Notes: generated by a model not told the origin, from the letters alone. A DNA stretch of 64,000 nucleotides from Anaeromyxobacter sp. (GCA_049840735.1 JASGJN010000002.1:128001-192000); one strand, 5' to 3'; numbered from the stretch's first letter, positions 33,759-44,644 are shown. Made by a program: numbers and translations.

Positions 33759-35927
33759 TCAGCCTCCCGTCCGGCGGAAGGCGCCGCGCGCCCCCACCGC
33801 CCAGAGGACCACCACCAGCGGCGCGCCCACCGCCCACTTGAGCGCCGCCACGGCCGGCCACGGCTCGGGCGCCGGCAGGAGCCCGCGCCCGGTGACGATC
33901 CGAATCACCCCGGCCAGCACGCCCGCGGTGAGGAGCGCGCCGCGGATGGGCGCCCCCGAGACCAGGTGGCCCAGCCCGCCGCCCAGCACCGCCAGCCCGC
34001 GGATGCCGCCGCGGGCCAGCGCAGCGCGGCGCCGCACCTGGAGCTCCTTGCGCTGCCGGTCGCTGGCGTCGACCACGCCCTTGCGCTCGAACACGTTCAC
34101 GCACTGGGCGCAGCGGACGGTGGCGCTCCGGTCGCAGCGCACGCAGGCGGCGCCGCGGCAGAGCGGGCAGGAGCGGGCCGGGGACAGCCGCTTCTCCGCC
34201 AGCAGCAGGGCCGCCAGCGCGGCGAAGAGGCTGGCGGCCGCCCAGCGCCAGAGCGGGCGCGGCAGCGGGCCGGCCAGCCGGGCCTGCAGCGCCGTCTCCA
34301 CCTCGACGGGGGCCGGGTCCTCCTCCGCCAGCGCCGCCAGCCGCGCCGGCGGCACCGGCACGTCCACCAGGTAGCGGTTGGCGGCGAAGTCGTCGTCCGA
34401 GCCGTGGGCGGCCAGGAAGTCGCCGGCCTCGGCGTCGGCCTTGTCCCGGGCGGCGCCGCGGCGGTCGAACTCGGTGGTGCGGACGTAGAGCTTGGACAGG
34501 TTGTAGTGGGCGGTGCCCAGCACCAGCAGGTCGCCCCCGGCCGCGTCCTGCGCCGCCAGGTAGGAGGCGCGGGCGCCCTCGATGTCGTCCTGCACGAAGC
34601 GGGCGTTGCCGATGTTCACCAGCAGGCCGGGCGTGTGGGGATCGGCGGCCAGGGCCTGGTTGTAGAGCGCCACGGCCCGGTCCAGGTCGCCGCGCCGCTT
34701 GTAGTGGCGACCCAGGGAGGCCAGCAGGACCGGCGACGCGCCGTCCCCGGCCTCGGCCAGCAGCGCGTCCGCCTGCTCGTCCGGGACCGCGCCGTTCTCG
34801 ACCTGGTAGATGTGGTCGGCCTGCGTGCCGGTCCAGACCACCTGGCGCGCGGAGAGCCCGGCCGCCCAGGGGAACGCCAGCAGCACGCCCAGCGAGGCGG
34901 CGGCCACCACCCGCTCCCGCGTGCCCAGGTAGAGCCACACCGCGACCGTGGGCACGGCCAGGGCCAGCAGCGGCCCCAGCCCGAGCGCGAGCGGCAGCCC
35001 GAGCAGCACCAGCCCGAGGAAGGTGGTCTGGACGCGGGCGCTGCCGCGCAGCACCGGCAGGTGGTGCAGGTCGTGGAGGAAGAGCCGCACGCGCAGCAGC
35101 ACCAGCGCCACCAGCGAGAGGACCGCGGCGGCGGCCAGCCCGCCCAGGAGCGCCGCCAGCGCGTCGCCCAGGAGCGCCCGCGAGGTGCGCGGCTCCCGCA
35201 GCGCGGCGCGGGCGGCGTCCACCAGCGCGCCCAGGCTGTCGCGCCAGGCGCCGCTGGCCCGGCGCGCGTGGGCCAGGGCCACGTACGCCTGCGGCAGGTC
35301 GGGGGCGAGCTGCACCGCCAGCTCGGCCCGGTGCAGCGCCTCCGCCGGGAGGTTGGCCTGCAGCGCGGCGTCCACGTCGCGCGCCTCGGCCGAGGCGAGC
35401 GCGAACAGGTTGCCGATGCCCAGCTCGCGCTGGGCGGAGAGGAGCGCGGCCTCGGCCGCGGAGGCGCGGCCCGGGTCGCCCTCCCGGAGCGCCGCGCGCC
35501 GGTCGGCCCAGGCGGCCATGAGCGCCTTCCAGCTGGTCTGGACAGGGACCACCTTTCGGGCCGGCGCCAGCGCCGCGGGCGCCTGCCCGGGCTCGGCGCT
35601 CCCAGCCTGGCCGGTCGGGCCAGCGGGGCCGGTGGGGGCGGCGGGGCCGGTGGGGGCGGTGGGGCCGGTGGCCGCCGAGGAAGGAGCCGCGGGGAGGGGC
35701 GCGGCGGGGCCGGAGCCGGCCGACGGGGCGCCGGCGGGCTGGGGCTGGGAGGCCGGGCGGCCGGGCTGCGCCGGCTCCGGCGGCAGCTCTGGCGGGGTGA
35801 GCGGGGTCTGGGGCTCCTCTGCCACCTCGTCGGCGTCGTCGACGAGCTTCGGCGCCTGCACCTGGGCGCGGGTCGGCGCCGGCGCGGCGAGCACCAGGAG
35901 GAGCGCAGCGAGGGCAGCCCGGGGCAT
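33759..35927 (-). CDS. TPR-containing polytopic membrane protein with a Cys cluster
   Basis: Signal peptide, TPR-like repeats, TM segments, CPLC-x4-CVRC-x7-CAQC. Confidence 0.75.
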   Translation of the reverse strand: MPRAALAALLLVLAAPAPTRAQVQAPKLVDDADEVAEEPQTPLTPPELPPEPAQPGRPASQPQPAGAPSAGSGPAAPLPAAPSSAATGPTAPTGPAAPTGPAGPTGQAGSAEPGQAPAALAPARKVVPVQTSWKALMAAWADRRAALREGDPGRASAAEAALLSAQRELGIGNLFALASAEARDVDAALQANLPAEALHRAELAVQLAPDLPQAYVALAHARRASGAWRDSLGALVDAARAALREPRTSRALLGDALAALLGGLAAAAVLSLVALVLLRVRLFLHDLHHLPVLRGSARVQTTFLGLVLLGLPLALGLGPLLALAVPTVAVWLYLGTRERVVAAASLGVLLAFPWAAGLSARQVVWTGTQADHIYQVENGAVPDEQADALLAEAGDGASPVLLASLGRHYKRRGDLDRAVALYNQALAADPHTPGLLVNIGNARFVQDDIEGARASYLAAQDAAGGDLLVLGTAHYNLSKLYVRTTEFDRRGAARDKADAEAGDFLAAHGSDDDFAANRYLVDVPVPPARLAALAEEDPAPVEVETALQARLAGPLPRPLWRWAAASLFAALAALLLAEKRLSPARSCPLCRGAACVRCDRSATVRCAQCVNVFERKGVVDASDRQRKELQVRRRAALARGGIRGLAVLGGGLGHLVSGAPIRGALLTAGVLAGVIRIVTGRGLLPAPEPWPAVAALKWAVGAPLVVVLWAVGARGAFRRTGG

Positions 35928-35979
35928 CACGAGAGAACTGGATGCTAGCACGCCCCGTCCCGGGCTAAGAAGAGCGGCC

Positions 35980-36801
35980 ATGTCCCGCGTCGCGAAAGCC
36001 GTCGAGAACCTGCTGGCCATCATGGAACGCCTGCGCGCCCCGGGGGGCTGCCCCTGGGACCGGGAGCAGACCCTGGCCTCCCTCCGCCCCTACGTCCTGG
36101 AGGAGACCTATGAGGTCCTGGAGGCCATCGACGGCGGGGACGTCCGCGAGCACCGGGAGGAGCTGGGGGACCTGCTCCTGCAGATCGTCTTCCAGGCGCA
36201 GCTGCGCAAGGAGGAGGGGCACTTCGACTTCGCCGACGTGGCGGACGCCATCTCCAGCAAGCTGGTCTCGCGCCACCCGCACGTCTTCGGGACCGCCGAG
36301 GTGAAGGACGCCGAGGGCGTCCTCAAGCAGTGGGCGGCGCTGAAGCGCGAGGAGAAGAGGGCCAGGGGCAAGGGGCACAGCGTGCTGGAGGGCGTGCCCC
36401 GGGCCATGCCGGCGCTGGCCCGGGCCGATCGCCTGACCGAGAAGGCCAGCCGCATCGGCTTCGACTGGCCGGACGCGGCCGGGGCGCGCGCCAAGGTGGC
36501 GGAGGAGCTGGCGGAGCTGGACGAGGCCATCGCGGCGGGCGATCGGGCGGCCATCGAGCACGAGCTGGGGGACGCGCTCTTCGCGCTGGCGAACCTGGGG
36601 CGCAAGCTCTCCCTGCCGCCCGAGGAGGCGCTGCGCGTGGCCGTGGAACGGTTCGTCTCACGGTTCGAGCACGTGGAGCGCCGGCTGGAGGCGCAGGGCG
36701 TGGGGCACGGCCAGGCCACGCTGGAGCAGATGGATGCGCTCTGGGACGAGGCCAAGGAACTCGAACGTCAAGCGAAAACCGCCCCTTCCCCAGCCGAGTA
36801 A
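35980..36801 (+). CDS. mazG: Nucleoside triphosphate pyrophosphohydrolase MazG
   Basis: GGCPWDREQT, EETYE, EELGDLLLQIVF, RHPHVF, GFDWP, ELGDALF. Confidence 0.96.
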   Translation: MSRVAKAVENLLAIMERLRAPGGCPWDREQTLASLRPYVLEETYEVLEAIDGGDVREHREELGDLLLQIVFQAQLRKEEGHFDFADVADAISSKLVSRHPHVFGTAEVKDAEGVLKQWAALKREEKRARGKGHSVLEGVPRAMPALARADRLTEKASRIGFDWPDAAGARAKVAEELAELDEAIAAGDRAAIEHELGDALFALANLGRKLSLPPEEALRVAVERFVSRFEHVERRLEAQGVGHGQATLEQMDALWDEAKELERQAKTAPSPAE

Positions 36802-36802
36802 G

Positions 36803-37015
36803 GTCTCCACAGCCTTTGGGGAAAGAACGTGGATAACTCGGGTGAGCGGGGGGAAGGCCGTCCCGAATTCACCTGCCCGACACCGGACGCCGCACCCCGC
36901 ACCCGCAGATACATTCCATAAATTCACTGGGTTGGACATATTTATCCCCAGACGTATCCACACGACGAAGGCAAGCCCCCGCGGGCCCGACCCGCACTGT
37001 CGGCGCGGTGGATAA
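36803..37015. promoter_or_regulatory. Cluster of DnaA boxes with an AT-rich patch
   Basis: Four 8/9 matches to TTATCCACA (36828-36836 reverse, 36942-36950, 36954-36962, 37007-37015 reverse) and two weaker ones (36803-36811, 36817-36825 reverse). Confidence 0.7.
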
Positions 37016-37201
37016 CTCCCGGTTCAGCGGCACCTTTCTCGCCCGGAAGCGCCTGCCTCCACGGGTTGCCGGCCCCTGGACCGCCCCCGTGAGCCAGCTT
37101 GCCGCAGGACCGGCGGCGAACCCGCCGGCGCTGCAGCGGGCCTGGGACGCACGCAGCGGACGGGCACCGGGCACCGCCTGGCGCCGGACCGGCTCAACCC
37201 C

Positions 37202-37230
37202 TTGACGGCGCTCGCGATGGGCGGTAAGTA
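37202..37230 (+). promoter_or_regulatory. Putative sigma70 promoter of rpsT
   Basis: TTGACG-N17-TAAGTA; the -10 match is imperfect. Confidence 0.45.
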
Positions 37231-37263
37231 GCGCGCCCTCGTCCACCCGACGGAGACATTCCT

Positions 37264-37536
37264 TTGGCGAACACTGCATCGGCTGAGAAGCGCAATCGGC
37301 AGGCCCAGAAGCGCCGGGCCCGCAACGTCCAGGTCCGCAGCGGCGTGAAGAGCGCCGTGAAGAAGGTCCGCGAGGCGGTCGCCAAGGGCGACAACGCCGG
37401 CGCGGCCCAGGCGCTCAAGGCCGCCGAGAAGGCCATCGGCAAGGCCTCTTCGAAGGGCGTGGTCCACAAGAACGCCGCGTCGCGCAAGATCTCCCGCCTG
37501 GCGAAGGCCGTGGCGAAGACCAAGGCGAGCGCGTAA
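37264..37536 (+). CDS. rpsT: 30S ribosomal protein S20
   Basis: TTG start, ANTASAEKRNRQ...KGVVHKNAASRKISRL. Confidence 0.97.
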   Translation: MANTASAEKRNRQAQKRRARNVQVRSGVKSAVKKVREAVAKGDNAGAAQALKAAEKAIGKASSKGVVHKNAASRKISRLAKAVAKTKASA

Positions 37537-37604
37537 GCAGCAGGGGCGATCGCCCTCCGGCGACGCCCCTCCCGCTCACGAACCACCAGCTCCGGGCGGG
37601 CGCC

Positions 37605-38117
37605 TCAGGGCGCGCGCTGCGGGGCTGGTGCGTCTTGCGGCGCCTCCAGGGCGACCAGCAGCTCGTGGGCGACGTCGGTGGCCAGACGGCGCAGCAGCAT
37701 GGCCCGCCGCCCCTCCGCCTCCAGCGCGTCCGCGCCGGCCAGGTGCTCGGCCTCGCGCCGCACCGTGACCTCCTCCGGCCCGCGCCCGGCCACCTGCAGG
37801 CGGGCCCTCACCTCGACCGCCACCCGGAAGGTGGTGCTGTTGGGGGTGGAGGGCACCCCCTCCGACGCCCGGATGGTCCCCTCCAGCCGCGCCGGCGCCC
37901 CGGCCTCGCCCAGCGCGCCGCGCCGCGCCAGCTCCTCGCGCAGCGCGGCGGTGACGAGCGCGCCCAGCTCCGGGTCCACCGAGTCGTTCTCGAAGGCGCC
38001 GACCTGGACGCGGTCGGCCCCGCCCTTCGCGCGGTAGCCCTGCACCAGGTGATAGCCGCAGCCCTGCGCGAGCAGGGCCGCGGCCGCCAGCAGCGCGAGC
38101 GGGGCCAGGCGCGGCAC
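37605..38117 (-). CDS. lptE: LPS assembly lipoprotein LptE-like
   Basis: Lipobox AQGCGYHL; directly downstream of leuS. Confidence 0.75.
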   Translation of the reverse strand: MPRLAPLALLAAAALLAQGCGYHLVQGYRAKGGADRVQVGAFENDSVDPELGALVTAALREELARRGALGEAGAPARLEGTIRASEGVPSTPNSTTFRVAVEVRARLQVAGRGPEEVTVRREAEHLAGADALEAEGRRAMLLRRLATDVAHELLVALEAPQDAPAPQRAP

Positions 38118-38121
38118 CGCC

Positions 38122-40630
38122 CTACCCCACCACGAAGTTGATGAGCCGCTTCGGGACGAAGACCAGCTTCCGGACGTTCTTCCCGGCCAGGTAGCCGGCC
38201 ACCTTCTCGTCGGCCTCGGCCAGCGCGCGGACCTCGGCCTCGCCGGCCGTGACCGCCGCCTTGACCTCGCCGCGCAGCTTGCCGTTCACCTGGACCGCGA
38301 TGGTGACCGTGTCGGCCGCCACCAGCGCCGGGTCGAAGGTCGGCCAGGGGGCCTGGGCCAGCAGCCGGTCGCGGACCGGCGCCCCCAGCACCTCGTGCCA
38401 GAGCTCCTCGGCCGCGTGCGGCGCGAACGGCGAGAGGAGCGTGGCCAGGGCCACCAGCGCCTCGCGCACCGCCGCGCGCTCCGGCTCGGCCTGCGGGTCG
38501 AGGGCCTCGCGGGCGTAGAGCGCGTTGACCAGCTCCATCAGCGCCGCGATGGCGGTGTTGAACTTGAGCTCGCCCTCGATGCTCTGGGTGACCTTCTGGA
38601 TGGTGCGGTGGGTCTTGCGGCGCAGCTCCAGCCAGTCGCCCTGGGCCTGCGCCAGCGCGGCCTCGGGGGCGTCGAAGCAGGCCTGTCGGCCGTGGAAGAT
38701 GCGCCAGACGCGGGTCAGGAAGCGGAACAGGCCGTCGACCTGCTCGTCCGACCAGTCGATGTCCTTCTCCGGCGGCGAGGCGAAGAGGATGAAGAGGCGC
38801 AGCGTGTCGGCGCCGTAGCGGGCCACCTGGGTGCTGGGGGCCACGCCGTTGCCGTACCGCTTGCTCATCTTCTTGCCGTCGGCGCCGTTGACGATGCCCT
38901 GGGTGACCAGCCGCTTCGCCGGCTCGTCCTCCTGCACCAGCCCCAGCTCGCGCATGACCCGGTGCCAGAAGCGGAAGTAGAGCAGGTGCATCACCGCGTG
39001 CTCGGGGCCGCCCACGTAGACGTCCACCGGCAGCCAGCGCTTCGCCGCCTCCGGGTCGAACGGGCGCTGGTCGTCCCTGGGGGACAGGTAGCGCGCGTAG
39101 TACCAGGACGAGTCCACGAAGGTGTCCATGGTCTCCACCTCGCGCCGGGCCGGCTTGCCGCAGCGCGGGCAGGTGGTGTTCACGAACTCCGGGACCTTGG
39201 CCAGCGGCGGCTCGCCCGTGCCCGTGATGATGGCCTGGGGCGGGAGCGTGACCGGCAGGTCCTTCTCCGGGACCGGGACGATGCCGTGATCCGCGCAGTA
39301 GATGACGGGGATGGGCGTGCCCCAGTAGCGCTGGCGCGAGAAGCCCCAGTCGCGCAGGTGCCAGCGGACGGTGGGCTGGCCGTGACCGCGCTCCCTGGCC
39401 TGCGCGGACATCTTGCGGCGCGCCTCGGCGGAGGAGAGGCCGGAGAACGGGCCCGAGTCCTCCAGCACCCCGTCCTCGGTGATGGCGGCCTGGAGCCGGT
39501 CTCCCGGCGGCGTGCGCTCGCCGCCGACGGGCTGGATGACCGTCTGGATGGGCAGGCCGTACTTGCGCGCGAACTCGAAGTCCCGCTGGTCGTGGGCCGG
39601 GACGCTCATCACCGCGCCCGTGCCGTACTCGGCCAGCACGAAGTTGGCGATCCAGACCGGGACCGGCTGACCGGTGAACGGGTTCACCGCGGAGGCGCCG
39701 GTGAAGCAGCCCTCCTTCGGCGCGTCCTCGCCGGTGCGGGCCTCGGCGTCGGTCTTCCTCATCCGGGCCACGAAGGCCTCGACCTCGGCCCGCCGGTCGG
39801 CCGTGGTCACCTGCGCGACCAGCGGGTGCTCCGGCGCCAGCACCACGTAGGTGCAGCCGTAGATGGTGTCGACGCGGGTGGTGAAGACCTTGATGGCGCC
39901 GCGGGCGCCCTGGAGCGCGAAGTCGACCTCGGCGCCCTCGGACTTGCCGATCCAGTTGCGCTGCATGGTGGTGATGCGCTCGGGCCAGTCCTTGAGGCCG
40001 TCGAGCCCGTCCAGCAGCGACTGCGCGTAGCGGGTGATGCGGAAGGCCCACTCCGGGATGACCTTCTCCACCACCGGCGAGCTGCAGCGCTCGCAGCGGT
40101 TGTCGTCCACCACCTGCTCGTTGGCGATGACCGTGTTGCAGCCGGTGCACCAGTTGGCCTTGCCCTCGCGACGGTAGACGATGTCGCGCTCGAGCATCTT
40201 CAGGAAGAACCACTGGTTCCAGCGGTAGTAGGAGGGATTGCAGGTCGCGACCTCGCGCTCCCAGTCGAAGGCGAAGCCGAGCGTCTTCATCTCGGCGCGG
40301 AAGGAGACGATGTTCTCCGCGGTGCGCTCGGCGGGGTGGCGGCCGTCCTTGAGGGCGGCGTTCTCGGCCGGCAGGCCCAAGGCGTCGAAGCCGATGGGGG
40401 TGGAGGACGTCGTGACCGCGCATGCGCAGCCAGCGGGCCAGGGCGTCCCCGATGGTGTAGACGCGGGCGTGGCCCATGTGCATGGTGCCGGAGGGATAGG
40501 GGAACATCTCCAGCACGTAGCGGGGCTCGGCGTCGGGGCGGTTGCCGGCGCGGAAGGCGCCCGCCTGCTCCCACCGCTGCTGCCACTTCGGCTCGATTGA
40601 CTTGGGCTCGTAGCGCTCGTTCATCGACAT
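38122..40630 (-). CDS. leuS: Leucine--tRNA ligase, frameshift near 40397
   Basis: MFPYPSGTMHMGH, GLPAENAA, QRNWIGKSEG, FSRQRYWG, DTFVDSSWY, KMSKR; extra base in a G run. Confidence 0.97.
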
Positions 40631-40798
40631 ATGGGCCCGCGATGATAGCGGAGGGCCGGGGATTCGGCTGGGGTTTCGCTGCCCCCCGGAACCGGGGCGG
40701 GGGAGGCGCGCGCTGGCGCGCGTCGGGCTGGGACGGGGCCTGGTCCTTTGCTATGTTCCGCGCGCCCGGGGCACCGCCCCCGCCCGACCGGAGCCCAC

Positions 40799-42103
40799 AT
40801 GTTCCCGCCCGTCTACATCGCCGACATCGCGCAGCACGAGGGGAAGGAGATCACCCTCCACGGCTGGCTGTACAACCGCCGGTCCTCCGGGAAGCTCCAC
40901 TTCCTGCAGGTGCGCGACGGCACCGGCACCATCCAGTGCGTGGTGTTCAAGGGGAACGTGACCCCCGAGGTGTTCCACGAGGCGGACCACCTGCCGCAGG
41001 AGACCAGCCTGACCGTGACCGGCCTGGTCAAGAAGGACCCCCGCTCGCCCGTCGGGTTCGAGCTGGACGTCCGGAGCCTGGCCGTGGTGGCCCGGCCGGC
41101 GCGCGAGTACCCCATCGGCCACAAGGAGCACGGCGTCGCGTTCCTGATGGAGCAGCGGCACCTGTGGCTGCGGTCGCAGCGCCAGCAGGCCATCCTGCGG
41201 GTGCGCCACAGCGTGGAGAAGGCCATCCGCGACTTCTTCGACGGGCGCGGGTTCACGCTGGTGGACGCGCCCATCTTCACCCCCTCCGCGTGCGAGGGGA
41301 CGTCCACGCTGTTCGAGGTGCCGTACTTCGACCTCGGCAAGGCCTACCTGACCCAGTCCGGCCAGCTGTACATGGAGGCCGCGGCCATGGCGCTGGGGAA
41401 GGTGTACTGCTTCGGCCCCACGTTCCGCGCCGAGAAGTCGAAGACCCGGCGCCACCTGACCGAGTTCTGGATGGTGGAGCCCGAGGTCGCGTTCATGGAC
41501 CTGGCCGGCGACATGGAGCTGATGGAGCAGTTCGTGTCGCACGTGGTGCAGACCGTGCTCGCGAAGCACGAGACCGAGCTGAAGACCGTGCTGGAGCGGG
41601 ACGTCGAGAAGCTGAAGAGCGTCGTGCCGCCGTTCCCGCGCATCACCTACACCGAGGCCGTGGAGGTGCTGCAGAAGGCCGGGCACCCCATGAAGTGGGG
41701 CGACGACATCGGCGGGGACGAGGAGACCGTCATCGCCAACCAGTTCGACCGGCCGGTGATGGTGCACCGCTACCCCGCCGCGATGAAGGCGTTCTACTTC
41801 AAGAAGGATCCCGCCGATCCGAACGTGGCGCTCGGCTGCGACGTGCTCGCGCCCGAGGGGTACGGCGAGATCATCGGCGGCGGCGAGCGCGAGAGCGACC
41901 TCGCCACGCTCGAGGCGGCCGTCGCGCACCACCAGCTGCCCGCCGAGGCGTTCGAGTGGTACCTGGACGTGCGCCGCTATGGCAGCGTCCCCCACGCCGG
42001 CTTCGGCATGGGCGTGGAGCGCTGCGTCGCCTGGATTTGCGGCCTCCACCACGTCCGCGAGACCATCCCGTTCGCCCGGATGATGGAGCGGATCACGCCC
42101 TAG
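40799..42103 (+). CDS. asnS: Asparagine--tRNA ligase
   Basis: [50 protein letters not shown]. Confidence 0.96.
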   Translation: MFPPVYIADIAQHEGKEITLHGWLYNRRSSGKLHFLQVRDGTGTIQCVVFKGNVTPEVFHEADHLPQETSLTVTGLVKKDPRSPVGFELDVRSLAVVARPAREYPIGHKEHGVAFLMEQRHLWLRSQRQQAILRVRHSVEKAIRDFFDGRGFTLVDAPIFTPSACEGTSTLFEVPYFDLGKAYLTQSGQLYMEAAAMALGKVYCFGPTFRAEKSKTRRHLTEFWMVEPEVAFMDLAGDMELMEQFVSHVVQTVLAKHETELKTVLERDVEKLKSVVPPFPRITYTEAVEVLQKAGHPMKWGDDIGGDEETVIANQFDRPVMVHRYPAAMKAFYFKKDPADPNVALGCDVLAPEGYGEIIGGGERESDLATLEAAVAHHQLPAEAFEWYLDVRRYGSVPHAGFGMGVERCVAWICGLHHVRETIPFARMMERITP

Positions 42104-42126
42104 TGCAGCGCCGGTTGGTCCCGGTT

Positions 42127-43215
42127 GGTCCCGGAGACGACCCGCCTGCAATCGCTGGCCTTTTCCGGCGCCGTGCAGGCCGGGCGCCACGGATTCCAGC
42201 CTGAGCGTCGGGAACGGCACGCGACGCGGGCCGGTGGCCGTTGCTTGTCGCTGCTCCGTGCGATCGCGAGCGACCGGAGGCTCGATCCTACGGGTGCGCG
42301 GACACACGTCTCCCGTGCTCCGCCGCGAGCGCGGCGCGAGCCGGACGGCCCGGGAGCGCAGTGCGCTCAGCTCGGCGGGTTCTTCCGCTTCTTCTTCCGC
42401 TTCAGCGCCGCCCGGCGGCGCTTCGCCCACGCGTCCGTGCCGATGTACGTCGCCCGCACCAGGTCCTCGCGCCGTTCCTCGGCCTGCGCCTCCCGCCGCC
42501 GCTTCGCCTTCCCCTCCTGATCGGCGCACAGCGCCTGGTACTTCTTCCGGCGCGTCACGTCCGTCTTCCCCAGCGCCAGGTACTCCGGCAGGTCGTCGAT
42601 GAGCGGGTGCCGCTCGCCGTACGCGTAGTGCCGGTGGCTCGAGTACGCGTAGTCCTTGGCGCACCTCACCATGCCGGCCATCACCGGGTTGCGGTCCCCG
42701 TAGCCGGACACGAGCAGCGGCGCCTCGCCCCCCGTCTCCACCTGGCCCGAGTAGAGCCGCTCCATGGACCACCTGCCCGCAGCGCTCCGTCTGCTCGTTG
42801 TACCAGCGCGCGAACACGCTGTTCACGTCGCGCCAGAAGCCGCTGAACGCCGCCTGGCCGCGCGTGGCCTTGAGCTGCACGTGCACGTGCGTGGTCATGA
42901 TGCAGAAGGAGTGGATGAGGATGCCGTACTTGCCCTTGTACTTGGCCAGCAGCGACAGGTAGAGCTCCGGCGCCCCCGCCAGCTCGAAGATCCGCGAGTG
43001 GTTGTGGGCCTGCCAGGTGCAGTGATGCACCGTGCCCTCGCCCACCAGCCATCTTCTCGCGGTCCGCCCCACGGCCAGGCGCAGAGGCAAGCCGCGTGCC
43101 GCCCGTGACCCACCGTGAATGCGCGCCTTTCGCAGCGCGCACCCCTTCCCCCATGGTCCGCCGTTCGTCCGCACCGTCCGCGCCGCGGACGGCCCAGATG
43201 GTGGTCTCCGGGACC
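42127..43215. mobile_element. HUH/RAYT transposase cassette bounded by 16-bp imperfect inverted repeats
   Basis: GGTCCCGGAGACGACC (42127-42142) versus reverse complement of 43200-43215 GGTCCCGGAGACCACC, 15/16; lies between convergent asnS and cheY. Confidence 0.55.
42367..43072 (-). CDS. REP-associated tyrosine transposase (RAYT / Y1 HUH family), frameshift near 42766
   Basis: MGRTARR...VHHCT...IF, FCIMTTHVH (HUH), FARWYN...GQV, GYGDRNPVMAG (catalytic Tyr region), YAYSS. Confidence 0.85.
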
Positions 43216-43229
43216 TCTAGACGGGATCT

Positions 43230-43596
43230 CTAGAGCAGCGCCTTGACGGGTCTCGACGACCTGCTGGGCCTGGACGGGCTTCACCAGGTAGGCGTTCGCG
43301 CCCAGCGCCATGGCGCGGCGCCGGTCGGCCTCGGCGCCCTCGGTGGTGATCACCACGATGGGGATCCGCTGGTGCGCGCCGCCCGAACGCACCAGCGACA
43401 CGAGCTTGAGCCCGTCCAGCAGCGGCATGTTGATGTCGGTGAGCAGCACGTCGAACCGGCCGGCGGCCAGCTTGCGCCACGCGTCGGCCCCGTCCTCGGC
43501 CTCGGTGGCGTCGATGCCCACCCGCTGCAGCGCGGAGCCGAGCTGCTTGCGCATGGTGGGGCTGTCGTCGACGACGAGGGCGTGCAGATGGGCCAT
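43230..43596 (-). CDS. cheY: CheY-like response regulator, frameshift near 43249
   Basis: VVDDS, TDINMP, ITTEG, YLVKP; deleting one base gives VETVKALL*. Confidence 0.9.
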
Positions 43597-43600
43597 GGGC

Positions 43601-44644
43601 TCAAGGGGTCCGTGCGAACCGCGCCAACCGCGCGGCCAGGCCGGCCAGGTCGAGCTCCTCGTCGACCGCGCCGGTGGCGACCGCGGACTGCGGCATGCCG
43701 TATACCACGGCCGACGCGCTCGACTCGGCCAGGGTCAACCCCCCGGCGCGCTTCACGGCCAGGATCCCCTCGGCCCCGTCCTGCCCCATGCCCGTCAGCA
43801 CGACGCCGCAGGCGCGCGGCCCGAGCGCCGCGGCGGCCGAGGCGAGCAGCCGGTCCACCGACGGCGCGTACCGCGAGCCGGAGCGCCCGGGGTCGGCCGG
43901 GCGCACCTCCGCCCGCACGCCGTCCGGGCCGCGGACCAGCTCCAGGTGCCGCCCTCCCGGCGCCACCAGCACGCGCCCGGGCACCACCAAGTCGCCGCTC
44001 TCGGCCTCCTTGGCCGTGAACGACGTGGTCCGCGCCAGCCGTTCCGCGAACGTCGCGGTGAACCGCTCCGGCATGTGCTGCGCCACCACCAGCGCCAGGG
44101 GCAGGTCGCGCGGGAGCGTCGCCAGCAGCTGGCGCAGCGTGTGCGGCCCGCCCGTCGAGGCGCCCAGCACCGCAACGCGCAGCTGCTCGGGCCTCACCGC
44201 GGCCAGCGGCCCGGCCGGCCGGGGCGGGCCCAGGTGCTCGAGCCGGAGCTGGCGCAGCGTCTCCACCTTGTCGAGGAGCTCCTCCCGGAAGTCCTCCGGC
44301 GCGCCCCCGACCGCCGGCTTGGCCAGGAAGTCCAGCGCGCCCAGGTCGAGCGCCTTGAACACGTCCTGCTCGCGCGGGTTGGACGACACCACCAGCACCG
44401 GCGTGGGGCAGCGCGCCATCAAGAGCCGCAGGAACGTGAACCCATCCATGCGCGGCATCTGCAGGTCCAGCAGCACCAGATCGGGCCGGACGCGATCCAC
44501 GGTCCGCAGCGCCTCGTCGCCGTCGCGCGCGGTGCCCACCACCTCCATCCCGGGCGCGTCCCGGAGGATCACCTCCACGGCGGCGCGGCTCATGTCCGAG
44601 TCGTCCACCAGGAGCACCCGCACGTTCCGGGCGGGCGCGCTCAC
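43601..44644 (-). CDS. cheB: Chemotaxis methylesterase CheB
   Basis: Receiver domain plus GASTGG, QHMP, PSVD, LTGMGQDG, YGMP. Confidence 0.95.
   Translation of the reverse strand: MSAPARNVRVLLVDDSDMSRAAVEVILRDAPGMEVVGTARDGDEALRTVDRVRPDLVLLDLQMPRMDGFTFLRLLMARCPTPVLVVSSNPREQDVFKALDLGALDFLAKPAVGGAPEDFREELLDKVETLRQLRLEHLGPPRPAGPLAAVRPEQLRVAVLGASTGGPHTLRQLLATLPRDLPLALVVAQHMPERFTATFAERLARTTSFTAKEAESGDLVVPGRVLVAPGGRHLELVRGPDGVRAEVRPADPGRSGSRYAPSVDRLLASAAAALGPRACGVVLTGMGQDGAEGILAVKRAGGLTLAESSASAVVYGMPQSAVATGAVDEELDLAGLAARLARFARTP

Noticed and set aside
35615..35670. 18-bp tandem repeats as a DNA element
   Set aside because: They encode a low-complexity PTGPAA linker in the TPR protein; the MAPLAP repeats at 48850-48900 in cheW are similar.
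40751..43174. 807-aa transposase-like ORF
   Set aside because: RAYT N-terminus running out of frame into the antisense of asnS.
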